Shown: in pieces, positions 26,516 through 42,700 of the stretch
Position numbering within the stretch: position 1 is the first letter of the stretch
Layout of the letters: each line of letters begins with the position of its first letter
NCBI RefSeq assembly: GCF_041956535.1
Contig: NW_027192194.1
Coordinates: 1,050,976-1,114,975 of the forward strand
Direction: 5' to 3'
DNA from: Calcarisporiella thermophila CBS 279.70
Lineage: Eukaryota; Fungi; Calcarisporiellomycota
Length of the DNA stretch: 64,000 bases
Position numbers and translations under genes: made by a program
The notes under the pieces: model-generated
Told to the model about the DNA's origin: nothing
Database searches by the model: none
The model's input: only the letters and a program-made list of their open reading frames with translations

Positions 26516-29388
26516 TCAACCAAGACGAGAAGGCACGGACACGCGTGCATAATCCAGTAGCAAATTTGTTCGGGAATGTTCAAAGATACATTGTAGTTCC
26601 ACCTCGAACTCAGGGATCGCATTGCTCCTGCTTCCATTGTCCTCTCCATCCTCCACTACGGAATCTTCACTCTTTATCCACTCCATCACACGCTCCTGCA
26701 TCGTTTCCAATCGCGCTCGAAGTCCACCATAGCGCAACTCCAATACCTCCCACCCAAAGGGTTTATATGTTTCCATCCATATTTTTCTATGATACTTCCA
26801 TAGTCGTTCAACTATTTCCCTTAATTTTGACAACCGGCCCTCTACTAGCTCATACGCAAGCGCTTTATCCTTCGCCAAGTATGCCTGTGCCAACCGATCA
26901 CGCAGGCAGCACTTGAGTGCAAGAGCGGAGGCAATTAAGGCAGGGAACTCTAAGCGGGAGTTTAGAGGATTTATGGAGGATTTAGATTCTATCGATTTAT
27001 AAAGATAGGTCGAAAGGGAATTGTAGTGTGACTCGAGGTCCAAGTGAGCATATTGAGGAGACATAAAGCTGAGGAAAGGATCTAACAAAATTGCATTTGA
27101 ATTGAGTAAAAAAAGTGGGAGGGAGGCAAATAGTCTATTTTGTAATCATCACCTTCCCATAAGAGCCATTTTGACATGTTCTGGGCAAAATGAGCTCTGT
27201 TATCAAGTGGTAGGTTTTGTGGGTTAACATCATCCAGCTACGGTGCGTGATATCAATAAAGGATGAGCATACATCTAGATCTAAAGTTGGAAAACGTTTA
27301 TCTAATCTACCTTGCTCGCATGCACGTAGTCATTGAAATCTCCTCCGAAAATACCCTCGAATCCAAAACGCACTGCCGTCATATCCACCTCGTCTTCTAA
27401 AGTGTACCCATGCTCAGCAAAGTACACCAAACTTGGGAAAGAGGAAAATATATCGAATTCATTCCCTTCATCTCCCCAAATGGTAATCATGAAGTTGTCT
27501 ATTCCCTCCTTCTTATCTTTCGCAGGAAGTGCGGCGGCTCGAATAGTTTCAAATGAGAATGGAAGGGCAGTCCAAAAACGGCTCCATGTCCAACTGCCGG
27601 CTATTTGGAAAATTATTAATTAATGTCACGAGCATGGATAACCTGAGGAACTATTGTGGCCCGATGACTCACTTGCAACCCATGGATTCGAGCAGCCAAG
27701 TTCTTTATGTTGCTGAATCTTTTGCGCGTAAATCTCAGGAATGGTATGATAATAATCCCAATATACAAGCTCGATTTCCTTTGGTATTTCGCACATTTCA
27801 ATGTCTGCCGGATTGATTGTATTTTCATAATAGCCTTGAAGACTGTTATTTTTGGCAGCTTGAAGAAAAGAACGGACAGTGCGATTAGATTACGACAATA
27901 CAATATTAGTAAGGTCTGCCATTTTTTCTTACCTAAACAGAAGAGCACTATAATACGATTATCCCAAACAAAATATTAGTCGCAATAGAAATAGTGGCGT
28001 TCCAAATGTTTTTATCCTTACTGTCGGACCAAATCATCGCCCGCAATCCCATTCTTTGGCAAATATCATTAACGCGTTGAAGATGTTCACAGAATATCTG
28101 GATCGGATCCCGTGGACCAAATATGTTTTTGAAACGACCCTCCCCTATACCATGAGCCTAATAACAAAGTAAATGCACGAGTACATGTCAAAGATATTCA
28201 GGTCCTGTAAATTAACCTCATCCATGCCAATATGAATTCGCTTGGAGCGAAATGGTGCCGATGCCTGTCGGATAATTTTTTCAAGGAAATCATATGTTTC
28301 TTCCGACTTGGCCAGCAATACCTCGTGCGTGTCTTTGAGGTAAGTGTAACTTGGCCACTGTAAAATTTGCCCCAAGTGACCAAGAGTCTGAATACAAGGA
28401 ACGACTTCGATGCCTCTAAAAAGAACCACAGAAATGAATGATAAAATCTTTATCCGGTGTTATTAGTGTTAGATAGATTTACAAATCATATGCATAATCG
28501 TCTATTGCCGCCAGTTCTTTTTGCGTATATCGTCCTAGAAGATGCCAAAATAGCATATTTCAAAACCCGGTGTCAAGTACAATTAGTAGCAATAGATTGC
28601 CCACCTCTCAAATACCCAAAGAAAGGCTCCCCTTCAACCTCGAAGGTATCCTCCGTATACAACTGAAGCATATTGATACCAATCAATGCCATCCTGCGAA
28701 GTAGAAAAAAGGCAACATCTAACTTTAGCACGCCGTTGCGGCTACAATCGATCATAAGACTAGTCAATCAAAAAGTTGATTAGTGGGTCAAACTTGACCA
28801 AATCATCAGAAGAATATATCAATGAACCCTAGCGTTTCGAATTGAGCCTCTTCCACGAAATTAAGTATCTCCTCAACGTTTCCGGAATCGTCGATATTGT
28901 CGGTGTCGTCAATTCTTCGCACGATACTAAGAAGTTTTCCCACGCCGCGAAACGCTAGAAAAGATAGCCATACTTGTTAAAGATAAAAGAATGAGGTTTT
29001 CAAAATGATCACATAATACCCTCAATTTTTCGTTTATACCGAATAATGACCTCAAATTTCTCGTGTTCTAACAAAGATTTATAATTCGAGTGGGAGGCAT
29101 TGACTATTAGCTGACGAGGACGAAGGCTTTCATCGTATACAAATCTGTTATGTGAAATTGAAAAATAGATGCAAGGCACATTATAATCAGTAATTTCGCG
29201 GTAATTCGCCTGGGGGTATGTAGAATCTATATGTACTTTAGATTCCATTTGTACTCTCCGTCAAAATCAAGCATATCCTCCTCTGAAACCAAATTTCTAT
29301 GCGGAGTGTCCTGAATAAGCTCGGCTACACCATCTTGTAGTTCAACTGGTGTATTCTCCTTGCTAACTACCAAACTCACGCTCAACAT
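26516..29388 (-). CDS. Beta-N-acetylhexosaminidase, GH20, GcnA-like (bacterial-type) subfamily, many exons
   Basis: MIDCSRNGVL...NMLQLYTEDTFEVEGEPFFGYLRG, VPCIQTLGHL, catalytic RIHIGMDE, ITIWGDEGNE, KPFGWEVLELRYGGL. Confidence 0.85.
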
Positions 29389-29760
29389 GGTGGGTAGAGG
29401 CTGATGATAGTAAAAAAAAATAAATGCTATAGATTTGCCGCCTTTTTAGGGCTAGGTTTAAGCAGTCACAAAGATTTTATGAGAAAACGGCTAAATTAGA
29501 GAGGGTTTAAACTAAATAGAACCTAACTTGTCAGCTAAATGAAACGCTACCCGATAAATATAGTTAGAAGACATTTACTTGATACTCCATTCCACGTAGT
29601 CGCCCGTATATTGAATACGCAATAATGCCTACAGACTAGAGCATAATTCGTCACAGCCGGCGTTTTATTTCCTTGAACAGATCGGTTTTTGATTATTGAT
29701 TATCATGATAGGTCAATATGCATTTTCTGGTGTGCTATAGAGTTCGAACCGTTGTTCCAT

Positions 29761-29774
29761 CCCCCCCCCCCCCC
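29761..29774 (+). repeat. C14 homopolymer in the GH20/DED1 divergent intergenic region
   Basis: Run of 14 C seen directly. Confidence 0.9.
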
Positions 29775-30726
29775 TTATTTCAGCACTTTCTCAAAGTGAG
29801 TGCTTGAATGTATCGAAATGGGCTATTACGAGGCATTTTGCATGGTGGACACCGGATAGAGTTGCAATTAACGGTATATTCAAGTTTAATTTAGATTGTA
29901 TACTTTTCACTTTCATGGCAATACACCATGCAGTCTCAATAGATTCCGCATCGATCCCTACCCATTCTTACACTTCACGAAATCTCCACTCAGGCGGAGA
30001 ATAGCCTATTACTCATATCACTCCCCCTTAAAGTATCCTTAATTCTTTAATTTAGCCCAAAAAAGTGCGGATAATTTTAATGGCCTAAGATGAAAAAATC
30101 GCTTGCGTAGGGAGAATCGAAATCGGAAGCCTGGCTTCTTCATAATAGGCAAAAGTGACAGCTCTTGTCTCTTAGTTGGGATGGTCAGGCTGCTGTGCCA
30201 AGGCCAGTTTTCACACCCTGTTAACTTGTCTTTTCAGCATACATATCCAATTTGCCGCCAAGGCCTGATTTCTTTCTCCAATCATTTTTCATGATCGGGC
30301 CAGAGCAAGGACCAGATTCTTTTACGTAAAATCCGATTAAGAAGCAAGAATGTTAGAATCTATACATTGGAACCTGAGAATAGTCGCGGCGTAGGGGCGG
30401 GAAAAGCAAGAGGTAAGTATCTCACAATACATTTATGTGCAATAAACCTCTCTTCGTCTCATGGACAATGGTTAGTTTCCACTTATCAAGAAGAAGCTCT
30501 TCCCTTTGTCTTGTTCCAATACTTTCTCTGGTACTAGACCAAAGGGGAGTTTGTAAACGAAACCAGTTCCGAATCGGCTAAAATCGAGTGGCTTAGCCGA
30601 TTTTATATTGGATTTCTTTAGTCCTCTTACTCCACTGCTTCCTTTGCGACACTTTTTTTCCAGACATTTTTTTCCCCTTAATTTTCTTTTATAAAAATAT
30701 ACAGTACTTAATAGTATATTATTAGT

Positions 30727-32828
<2,102 letters not shown>

Positions 32829-33319
32829 AGTAGGAACGAAATGATTTTTTTCATTGCTCTTTATGTAGAAAGGAGAATGAAAAAAGATGAAAAAGACTGA
32901 TTATTATCTTGTTTAGATAGAGATTAGGATTATATATAATTATATACTTATTTTGTGATGACGGTGATTATGATGATGGATCAAGGGCCGGTACCTTTAT
33001 TCCCTCTTCAACATGGCTTGTGAATATACTCTTTTTTCCGTTTGCTTCTGTTATTATCATTTTCAATGTTTAGAGTGTATTCTTATTGCTTTTTCCCATT
33101 ATCCATACCTTTTTTCCTTTTGTAGTTGGAGGGAATATATCTGGTCCTTATGTTCTTTTATGTCTTTTTCTCTTTTTCACTTCTTTCAGTTTTGCATCAA
33201 TTACATTCTTATTAACACTATTATTTTATATTAATGCCTATTTTTTTTTATTTTTTTATTATGTATAGAGAAGTTTGGTTGAATGAGTGAATGAATAAAT
33301 ATAGCAATCCTCCGAACCA

Positions 33320-35164
33320 TCATTTCTTTGCAAAAAATTGTCTAATATCTTTAGATTTTTTGAATTTTGACTTGCTTTTGACCATGGTATCCATTGCCTT
33401 TAAACATTTTTTCATCCCAGTTGGGATGGCTGCTTCATTGAGCTCCTCACGTGTCAACCAACGTGTCTCACGACGCTCCTGCTTGTCCACATTCTTGCCC
33501 TCCTCCACTACTATCTCAACATCTCCTGTGGGATCCTCGATGATTACCCATTCAACATGGTAAACTTTCCGGATGTGTGAGAAGAGGTGCAGCACGCTGC
33601 CAATCTCTTGCCGTGCGCAATTATTCATTATATTATAGCCAAAGAGAGATGAGAGCATATCCCCAATCAATTGTGCGCGAGCCTCAGGTCCATTTTCCGA
33701 CTTCTTTTTACAATCTAAGGAATCAGTGCGCCTTCGCCTCTTAGCGGGTGGAGGAGGGGAGTCTGTAGCGGTACCTAGTGAAAGTTCGACCGAAGGAAAT
33801 TCCCAAAGTCCAGCCCATAACCCTTGGGCGGGGCGTTTTATCAGGAGAAAGCTTGAGCTGTTTTCTCTTCGACGCTCCAAAATACAGACGGCGCATTCTA
33901 ATTTCCGAGAGTGTAAATTGATCACCACTCCACATCTTAGAGTATCCTCTGTACAAGTGTATTACCTTCATCTCTTGGTGGTTTCTTCACGTTTTTACGC
34001 GGATATCTCGTTACCTCCCAACCCTCACATCCCGAAGCCTCGCAAAAATTACAAATATTTTCTTCAGTTTCCTCGTTTTCGATTTGGCCACCAGCGTTTT
34101 TTTCGCGTAAGGCGATACACTGATACTTTATGGGGCATGCATTGCATTGGGGATTAAGTGGTGTGCAAACAAGTGCACCTAATTCCATGAGAGCTTGGTT
34201 GAAATCCCCTGGACGATCAGCCGGAACTAAGTCTTCTGCCAATTTCCTACATACCAAAAGGGCATTAAGTTCGAGATCATTCATAAGGACAAAAGGTTGA
34301 CATCAACCATATCAAATCTATCACTCCTTTGCTCTTGGTATCTCCACCCACTGCTCTCACTCTTGCCAGCACTCGCATCACATTCCCATCAACTAGTGCA
34401 GCTTTCTTGTTGTATGCAATTGATGCTATTGCGCCAGCTGTATATCTCCCAATTCCTGGGATATCTTTTTCGAGCGTAGCAGCGTCAGGTGGAAGAACTC
34501 CAGAGAAGAATGCCGTTACTTTCTGAGCGCCTTCAAGAAGTCGTTTAGCACGAGAGTAATAACCAAGGCCGGCCCAGATCTGATTTACTTCCTGAAGAAA
34601 AACAGCTTTAGCAACGAGATAATCTATATAAAGGTACACTTGGTATATGTACTTCGAGAGAGGCTTTAGCAAGATCGTGTATTGTTGGCCATTTCTCCAT
34701 CCAAGTGTTATAATACCTAATAACGGTGGCCACTTGTGTCTAAAAATAAAAAGTTGAATTTCTGTAAGGAGGAGCTAAATTTTGAAAGTGATTACCTGCT
34801 GGAGCATGATTTCGCTCACCCAAACTTAACAATTGTGTTAAACATTAGTTGATATCAGGGCAGAAAATTTTTGCAAAATCCTCACCTTCATATGCACGCT
34901 GGGCAAACTGTTCTTTGGTCATCTCAGGCTAATCAATATATAGTATACTAGTTAGAATTTCCTTGAAATGTTCGAGATTAGAGCCACAATTACATCGAAC
35001 GGTTTTCTCCAGGGCATTTCGCGCTTTTCTTGATCGAACCAACATAATAAGTTTTTGCGCACGGCATCTCGTTCTTCAGCAGAGAAATAATGATATGAGA
35101 CGGGATGGGAAATCGTGAGATCTTCTATATCCGAAAGCAATGATTCGGAATTAACTGGTGGCAT
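33320..35164 (-). CDS. MUTYH: A/G-specific adenine DNA glycosylase MutY/MUTYH, multi-exon
   Basis: [23 protein letters not shown], Hh[16 protein letters not shown] and VDGNVMRV. [4Fe-4S] motif [22 protein letters not shown]-like domain GLWEFP...HLFSHI. PIP-like tail DIRQFF. Confidence 0.95.
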
Positions 35165-35199
35165 CACGTTGGAGGATGCGTGTCTAGAATTATATTTTA

Positions 35200-35205
35200 A
35201 CGCGT
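35200..35205. promoter_or_regulatory. MCB-like element upstream of MUTYH
   Basis: ACGCGT about 36 bp upstream of the ATG. Confidence 0.4.
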
Positions 35206-35614
35206 CCCAGAGCTTTATTGGGAATTTAATATAAATCGCTGCTATATAATTTTAGACCAGTTAATAAAAGAATACGGGATATTTAGATTTGGCTTAAGCA
35301 GGATAGAACGACCAAACATATATGTAGAGTGTGTAGGAAAAATATCTCAACGGATCCATTTGTCGTATACATGCAACTATTGGAAAGATTTATTCTAATT
35401 GAATACTAAATCTCAAATATGAATTCGGATAAAATTCGCGGCATAAATTGATTGTTCTAGGAGTTGCTCTAGACTTCGCTCTCCAAGGTTAAAGGGGCTT
35501 CAATTTCCTAAAGCTGGGTAGCTTTAATAACTTTTATCAGAAAATACAATACGTAAAATTGGTAATATTTCAGTAATAAATAATCATAGAGAAATATATT
35601 CTAGCGAGTCTTTC

Positions 35615-36474
35615 TCATGGAGTTTCTCGTGATGGAATGGATAAATGTCCAACTGCATTCCATGTCTCTATCTCACCCGTTTGTGAATTTTTAACCAATA
35701 TCCGAGATACCGAGCAATTCTTCGGACTTCGTAATAGTTTCACATTTAACCCTACTGGGATCCTGAAGCCCTCCACGTTTACCAGGTGTCTTACTAACTC
35801 CACGATAGGCCCGCCATGACTTATTAATAGGATGTGTTGGTCACCATGATGATGCTGGTCTATGAGGAATTGGAAGAAGTTGTAGATGCGACCGCGTAGG
35901 TTGGCGACAGACTCTCCACCGGATTGTGTGATAAGTTCGTCAAACGCCTCGTCGGTTGGTAGATTAGGATTAAATTTAGCACGGGCTTCGGAGAAAGGTC
36001 GACCTGTATAGCGTGGCCCCACATCCTAGAAGGATAAATAAACATTATATGGATTGAATATATTCTCACTCTATAGTATTGTTTAACCTGTTCACGTAGC
36101 CGTTCATCGTAATGCAGGAAAGTATTGGTGTGGTATATCCTGATTGCATTCAGGGTCTACAACCACAAAGGGAGATGAAATTTGACAAATAAAACGATGT
36201 TCTTTTTAATAATCTTAGTATATTACCTCTTTTGCACGATTAAGATCACTACAATAAATAGCATCGAATTCTTCCTTTTTTAAATACTCCGCAATTTGAA
36301 GTGCCTGCTCTTTTCCTTGATCGTTTAAAGAAGTATCTAGATTCGATGTTAAAAGAGTCTTTCTATGTTGATATTGAATGGGGCCTACTTACTCCAATGA
36401 CCCTGGAGAATTTTCAGATTGGACGCATTTGCAGATGTTTCACCATGTCTAACGAGCGTTATCCTCAACACCAT
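35615..36474 (-). CDS. Histidine phosphatase (phosphoglycerate mutase-like, TIGAR-type), multi-exon
   Basis: Start MVLRITLVRHGET, then SDLNRA, DERLREQ, GGES and ILLISHGG; C-terminal NCSVSRI...WNAVGHL. Confidence 0.85.
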
Positions 36475-36601
36475 CTCAGTTTCGTTATGAAAAAAAAACT
36501 AACTGTAATTTGACAGGCTTATTTTGTGACTTCTTACTATATTTAAAATCCGTAGAAATTGCACTTTATCTTTTTATTGAGGAGCGAGTTTTTAAAATCA
36601 C

Positions 36602-37377
36602 ATGAAAGAAAATCTGGTGAGTAGATCAATTTTTTTTTTGAAATGTATCCTCAAATTATTGAGGATATAAATGGCATCAGAAAGAATTCGTTTGGCAATT
36701 TGAAACCACATTTTTGCACTTGATCAATCTAATAATCAAAGTTAATAGGAAAATGAGAGATCGCTGTTAGCAACCCCTCCACCTAAGAAAAGAAGACTTG
36801 GAACAAGGCCGTTTGCTCAATCGCCTTTCAAGTCGCCCATTTCTACTAAAGAGGCTATTGATACGCATACATCGCCAACTTGCACCCCTAAACAGCATAA
36901 GTTTGCTTCCCCTGCGTCGCGCAGAAAATTCACCTCACCTTTTACGCCTAAAATCAAGGAATATTCGGAAGTTGACGTATTGAGGGCGCGAAAACAAGAG
37001 CTTGAAAAGAATATAGAGCAGACCAAAGATTGTATTCGTAAAGCACAGTTGGCTAAACTTTACTTGGAAAAGGTGATTATGATAAGTTTACTGAAGAATT
37101 GACATTATTCCAAAATATTCTACCACGAAAAAACGATTAATAGAATGAGAGTGAAACACTGGATGGACTGATAGATAAATGGCGAAACGCGAGTAGGGAA
37201 GCTGCGGAACTACTGTTCACACATTATAGGGAGCGTATGATTGCAACTCCATTCGAATCGCATGAGGATAGTGACGAAGGAGGCAAAATTTCCCACGGCG
37301 GAGCCCCTACGCTCCCAAGAATGCTCTGGAGCCTGGGAATAGATCCCAAAATCCTTGGATACAATGAGGAAGAATAA
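36602..37377 (+). CDS. SFR1: Swi5-partner recombination mediator Sfr1/Mei5 (3 exons; absent from the ORF track)
   Basis: Spliced translation MKENL|ENERSLL...SPFKSP...FTSPFTP...LAKLYLEK|NESETLDGLIDKWRNASREAAELLF...TLPRMLWSLGIDPKILGYNEEE*. The LI.KWR and ML..LGID..LGY motifs fit Mei5/Sfr1. Confidence 0.8.
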
Positions 37378-37899
37378 TAAGATGATATTTTGGCTTGGGT
37401 TGGGATCGTTGAAATTGCAGATGGTGTACGTGTATATTTCTTATATTCCCCTCGATTTGTAAGATAGCTTGTTTCTCTTTACAATTGCTAAATTCCCCCT
37501 GTGTTTTTTACACGTGGAGTGGGTAGAAATAAATCCTACGAACCTCGAAATTATTGATTCTCGGAGCTCGCGTCAAATTCAAATACCCCTGTGCCACGAG
37601 TGTAAAAAAGAAATCTATAATACTAAAATAAAAGCCGTCCGCTTTCTTTTGTTTATAAATACATATATATTCCCATCCGTTTATACTCCATTCATTTCTG
37701 CCAGCCTAGGGACATCTCCAAGGTAATTATTTATAATTTCGGCCGTGTTTTCAACATTGCCTCGAGATGTTCACGTAAGATGGTCTAGTTTGTACGAGCC
37801 AGACCTATTTTTGCTCGTTTCAAAAACAAAGATTATCCTCGAGACTGTGTTGAAATTTCCAGATGAGGACCACTTACAACATTATATTTACATCTATAG

Positions 37900-39436
37900 A
37901 TGGCGGATAGTAACGAAGTGAAACAGTATTCTGGCGTGTGGAAATCATCATTCCCCGCAGAAGGCGCGGGCAACCAGACTTTTGATAACCGCCTATTTTT
38001 CGGAACACTCTTTGGTGTCCCTCTCGCTGTTATAATCCTCCTCCGATGGTCGCTTTGGACATATCCGTTCTTGCTCATCATTCTCGCTCTGCCAACACTT
38101 GCTACCTATTTCTATTTCGTTTCTCGTCTCGCTCAACCCTATAACAACCGGGTCAAGCTCCCTGGACAACCGCTCGAGAATTATATGACCATCAAAGACC
38201 AAGAGCTTGCTGCACAATATCGCGGACGGAACAAAATTCCCATGGAACTCTTTTTTGAGGCCTACTTCGACGGAAAGATCGACCTCAAGGGAGATTGCCT
38301 CGAAATTTTTGAGAAACGCCATGACTGGGCCGCTTTCAACTTTTCACTTGGGCAATTCCAATTCTTTTTGACCCAGTGGATTCCCGAATTGCTGTGGCAC
38401 TCGAAAAAACAGGACGAGGATCAGGTGCGAGACCACTACGATCGCGGTGATGACTTCTACAGTGCTTTCCTCGGTCCCCGTATGATCTACACCTCCGGAA
38501 TCGTCTCGGATCCCGACAAATGTGAAACACTTGAGGAACTACAGGACAACAAGCTGAAGCTCGTCTGCGATAAGATGCAATTGAAGAAGGGTGAGCGTCA
38601 TTTGGATATCGGCTGTGGGTGGGGCACACTTGTTGCTTATGCTGCGAAAAACTACGGCACTGACTCGACTGGAATCACACTCGGCAAAAACCAGTGCGCT
38701 TGGGGAAATCGCCAGATTCAAGAGAAAGGTGTTCCGGAAAGCCAAGCTCGTGTTCTATGCATGGATTATCGTGATATTCCTGCTTCGCCTCGTTACAACA
38801 AAATTACCTGCTTGGAGATGGCTGAGCACGTCGGTGTTCTTCGCTTCCAGACGTTCCTTCTCCAGGTAAACCAATAGATTCCAAACTGAATTTCTTTGGA
38901 AGCATATCTAAGCCCAATTCTCATCAGGTCCGCGAGATGCTTGAAGATGATGGTCTATTCTTCCTTCAGATTGCTGGCTTGCGTAACACATGGCAGTACG
39001 AGGACTTTATTTGGGGCTTGTTCATGGCTAAATATGTTTTCCCTGGAGCCGACGCAAGCTGCCCGCTCTACTGGGTCATCAATCAGCTAGAGAAAGCCGG
39101 GTTCGAGGTCCAGAGCTCTGAGACCATTGGAACCCATTACTCTGCAACCATTTACCGATGGTATCAGAACTGGATGAAGAACAGAGACAAAATCGAAAAC
39201 AAGTATGGAAAGAGATGGTTCCGGTGAGTATCCCCTAGTGTCGTTTTACCAGCATCCAAGCTTGATTCTATATACTCCTCCCTTGTTCTTTTAGCATCTG
39301 GGAAATCTTCCTTGCTTGGTCAACCATTATCTCTCAGCAAGGCTCTGCCACCTGTTATCAAATCATTGCTCACAAGAACCGCAACGGTTTTGACCGCGTT
39401 TCTTTCATGCGTCATCATGCAAAACAACTTGCATAA
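37900..39436 (+). CDS. Sphingolipid C9-methyltransferase (cyclopropane-FA-synthase family), 3 exons
   Basis: Two N-terminal TMs after GAGNQTF. Motifs HSKKQDEDQVRDHYDRGDDFY, SAM-binding LDIGCGWG, KITCLEMAEHVG and KYVFPGADAS. Confidence 0.92.
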
Positions 39437-39680
39437 AGAACAAATGCTTTCGAACGACAAGGGGATAGAAAGTGAACAGAAAATGCTCTGTGGATAAAAA
39501 AACTGACTTGTTTATTAAAGTAAAAGTCATAAAAAAATTGAGTATATGTTTGAGGTATAAAATGAGTGTGTTTTTTTCTTTTGGTATTCATATCCCTTTT
39601 AATAAAATTTGAAGTTTGACGTTTAAACACGTCCTCCGTTCAATTTAATTTCAAATTTTTTCATCGAGAAAATAGATTCC

Positions 39681-39704
39681 ACGCGTTACAGTCAAAACAC
39701 GCGT
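39681..39704. promoter_or_regulatory. Tandem MCB-like elements upstream of MSH2
   Basis: ACGCGT at 39681-39686 and 39699-39704, about 70-95 bp before the ATG. Confidence 0.6.
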
Positions 39705-39775
39705 TCAGATTTTTCATTATTTTTCAAAACGTTTTTCATTTTTCTTAAGTTACCAAAATCTTTTCATACAACGTA

Positions 39776-42700
39776 ATGGATAACATATTAAAAGATCGGC
39801 CCGATCTCGATCTCGGTACATTTATACAGTTTTCTACTTTGATCATAAGGCCCATTCTCACTTCGCGAATTTCCTTACAGATAATCAGACACAACAAGGA
39901 TTTTGTGCTTTCTTTAGAGGTTTACCACAGGTAGAGTGCTATAATATCGATAAGCACTGCATGATCAAAGACTGACGCGAGATTTATACTATTTTTACGG
40001 TATTATCCACCCCAGAAACCGGAAAACACCATACGATTATTCGAGCGAAATTCGGGGGTAACTCGATTACTTTAGACTTTGTTACAAAAATACTTATACT
40101 GTGAGTAAATTTAAGGATTTCTATAGTTTTCACGGAGAAGATGCAAAATATATAGCGCAAAATGTCTACAAAACCAACTCTGCAATTAAGTATCTTGGTG
40201 GTAATTATACTTATACAACACCTTATCGACTCATATTTCTAAAGCATGCTTTTGCTTAACTAAGGTGATATGAAAACGGGAATCCCAAGCTGTACCCTTT
40301 CACGCTCCAATACCGAATCATTTTTACGAGATGCACTACTGAAGAAGCAGCTTCGAGTGGAAATATTCGCTGCTGAACCACGGAAAAATAACGCCTGGAA
40401 GGTCATCAAGCGGGTGCGTATTAATCACAGGATGTTTTTTTTAAACGAATTTTGTCGAAAAGCTGAATTTTGTTTTCAGGCTTCTCCCGGTAATCTTCAG
40501 GACATGGAAGATCTCCTCTTTACCAATTCGGATATGCAAACTTCCCCGATTGTATTAGCAGTCAAACTTGGAACTAGTGGAGATCAAAAGGTAAATGCTC
40601 CTTGCTTTGTAAAACTAATGAATTTCACTTATTTGCATTACACTGTCTAAATAGGTGGTGGGAGTGGCGTTTGCTGATGCTTCTATCCGCGAGTTTGGTG
40701 TAGCGGAATTCATCGATAATGAGCTTTACTCGAACTTTGAATCACTTGTAATACAGCTTGGTGTAAAAGAGTGTATCATACCTCTGGATGAATCGCACAA
40801 AGACTATGAACTCACAAAACTAAAAGGTGTGCTTGAGCGGTGCGGGATTGTGATCACTGAGAGAAAAAAGGGTATAAACGATTTCCTAGTATATTTATTT
40901 TATAAACAAAATATTTAGAAGGCCTTGTTATTATTTTAGGGGATTTTAATGTGAAGGACATTGAGCAGGACCTCAACCGACTCTTGGAGGGTGATACGCC
41001 TGCTAATACCTTGCGTAAGTAGTTGGGCTGAAATTTGTTTATTCAACTAATCATTAATTTCTTTATATCATCGGGTAGCGGAATATGAGCTCAAGAATGC
41101 AATGGCAGCCACTGCCTGCCTTATTAAATATCTCTCCGTAAGTGACTGATGTTTATAGTTAAAAGGCTTTTTCCTGCCAACTTTTATACCCATAGCTTAT
41201 GAGTGATGAAACGAATTTCGGACATTTCACACTTATACATCATGACCTTTCTCAATATATGAAACTGGATGCATCTGCATTACGTGCGCTGAACTTAATG
41301 CCGAGCCCACAAGATGGGGCTCACAGGACGATGAGTCTATTTGGACTATTAAACAAATGTAAAACTGCCCAAGGCACACGTCTCCTTGGGCAATGGTTGA
41401 AGCAACCATTGGTTAGAGTTGAGGATATAGGTAAGCATTGCATCAATATCGAGGAGCTTTTTTTGGTTCTAAGCACTTCCACCTTAACAGAAAAAAGGCA
41501 AAATTTGGTGGAAGCATTTACCGAAGACACTGAAATGCGCCAGTCACTGCAGGTAGAATCTGGCTTGCTTGAAATTGTGCAGCTCTTTATTAAAAGATGT
41601 AAACCTAATTTTATAGGAAGATAACCTCAAGGCCATACCTGATCTTCATCGCCTTGCTAAGCGTTTTCAACGCGGCATAGCCTCTCTCCAAGATATCGTA
41701 CGTATCTACCAGGTCGTTATCCGCCTACCTGGACTGCAGGCAACTCTGGAAGCATGTAGCACTGGAAACGACTCTCATCGCAAGCTGATTGATGAAGTTT
41801 ACTGTTCGAACCTCCGCGATTACATGAAAAACTTAGAAAAACTGCAGGAGTTAGTGGAAACGACCATTGATCTGCAGGCAGTAGAAGATCATGAATTTCT
41901 GATAAAAGCAGATTTCGACGATTCGCTGAAAGGTAGAGCGAACGTACACCATTTAAAAAAAACGTCCCAAAATAGATTTATTTTTATGCTAACATGCAAT
42001 CACTTTAATATAGAATTGAAATCCAAGATTGATGAAATAAGATCCATGATGACCGATGAACACGAGCGGGTACATGACTCGATCACCAAATCCTAGCATT
42101 GGCTGATTTTACTCATATTTTTTTAATGCCACAGGTTGGCCGAAGACTAGGGATGGACACCGAGAAGAAACTCAAACTTGAAAAGCAAAATGTTTACGGG
42201 TTCTGTTTCCGAGTGTCACGTCAGGTATGAATCTTACTAGAAACTTTTTTAGGACAACATAATTAATGGCTTCCATCATAGGATGCTGGAATCATTCGCA
42301 ATACGAGTGGCTATTTGGAGTTGGCAACACAGAAAGCGGGTGTTTATTTTGCGACACCGCGCCTTCGTGAGCTCAGCAGCGATTTTAACGATTATTCTGC
42401 ACAATACGAAAAGAAACAGGCTGATTTGGTGAAAGAGGTGATCAATATTGTTGGTGAGTATAACTAACCAGATTTCGTGAACCTCTGGTATTTCTAATTT
42501 CATATTTTTCAGCTTCATACTGTCCTATCTTGGAGACACTTGGCAATCTAATTGCACACTTGGACGTGATTGTGAGGTAGAGAACCCTGCCATCGGTTAA
42601 AATTTTTCACATAATGAATTGATTTCTATTTTAAATAGCTTTGCCCATGTTGCTGTCCATGCGCCTATTCCCTATGTGAGGCCAAAAATGCACCCGAAGG

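Noticed and set aside
29742-29750. GTTCGAACC, a B-box/T-loop-like motif suggesting a tRNA
   Set aside because: No paired T-stem or cloverleaf could be built around it.
30397-30404. E2F-like GCGGGAAA upstream of DED1
   Set aside because: A single short match before a gene that is not a cell-cycle gene; not distinguishable from chance.
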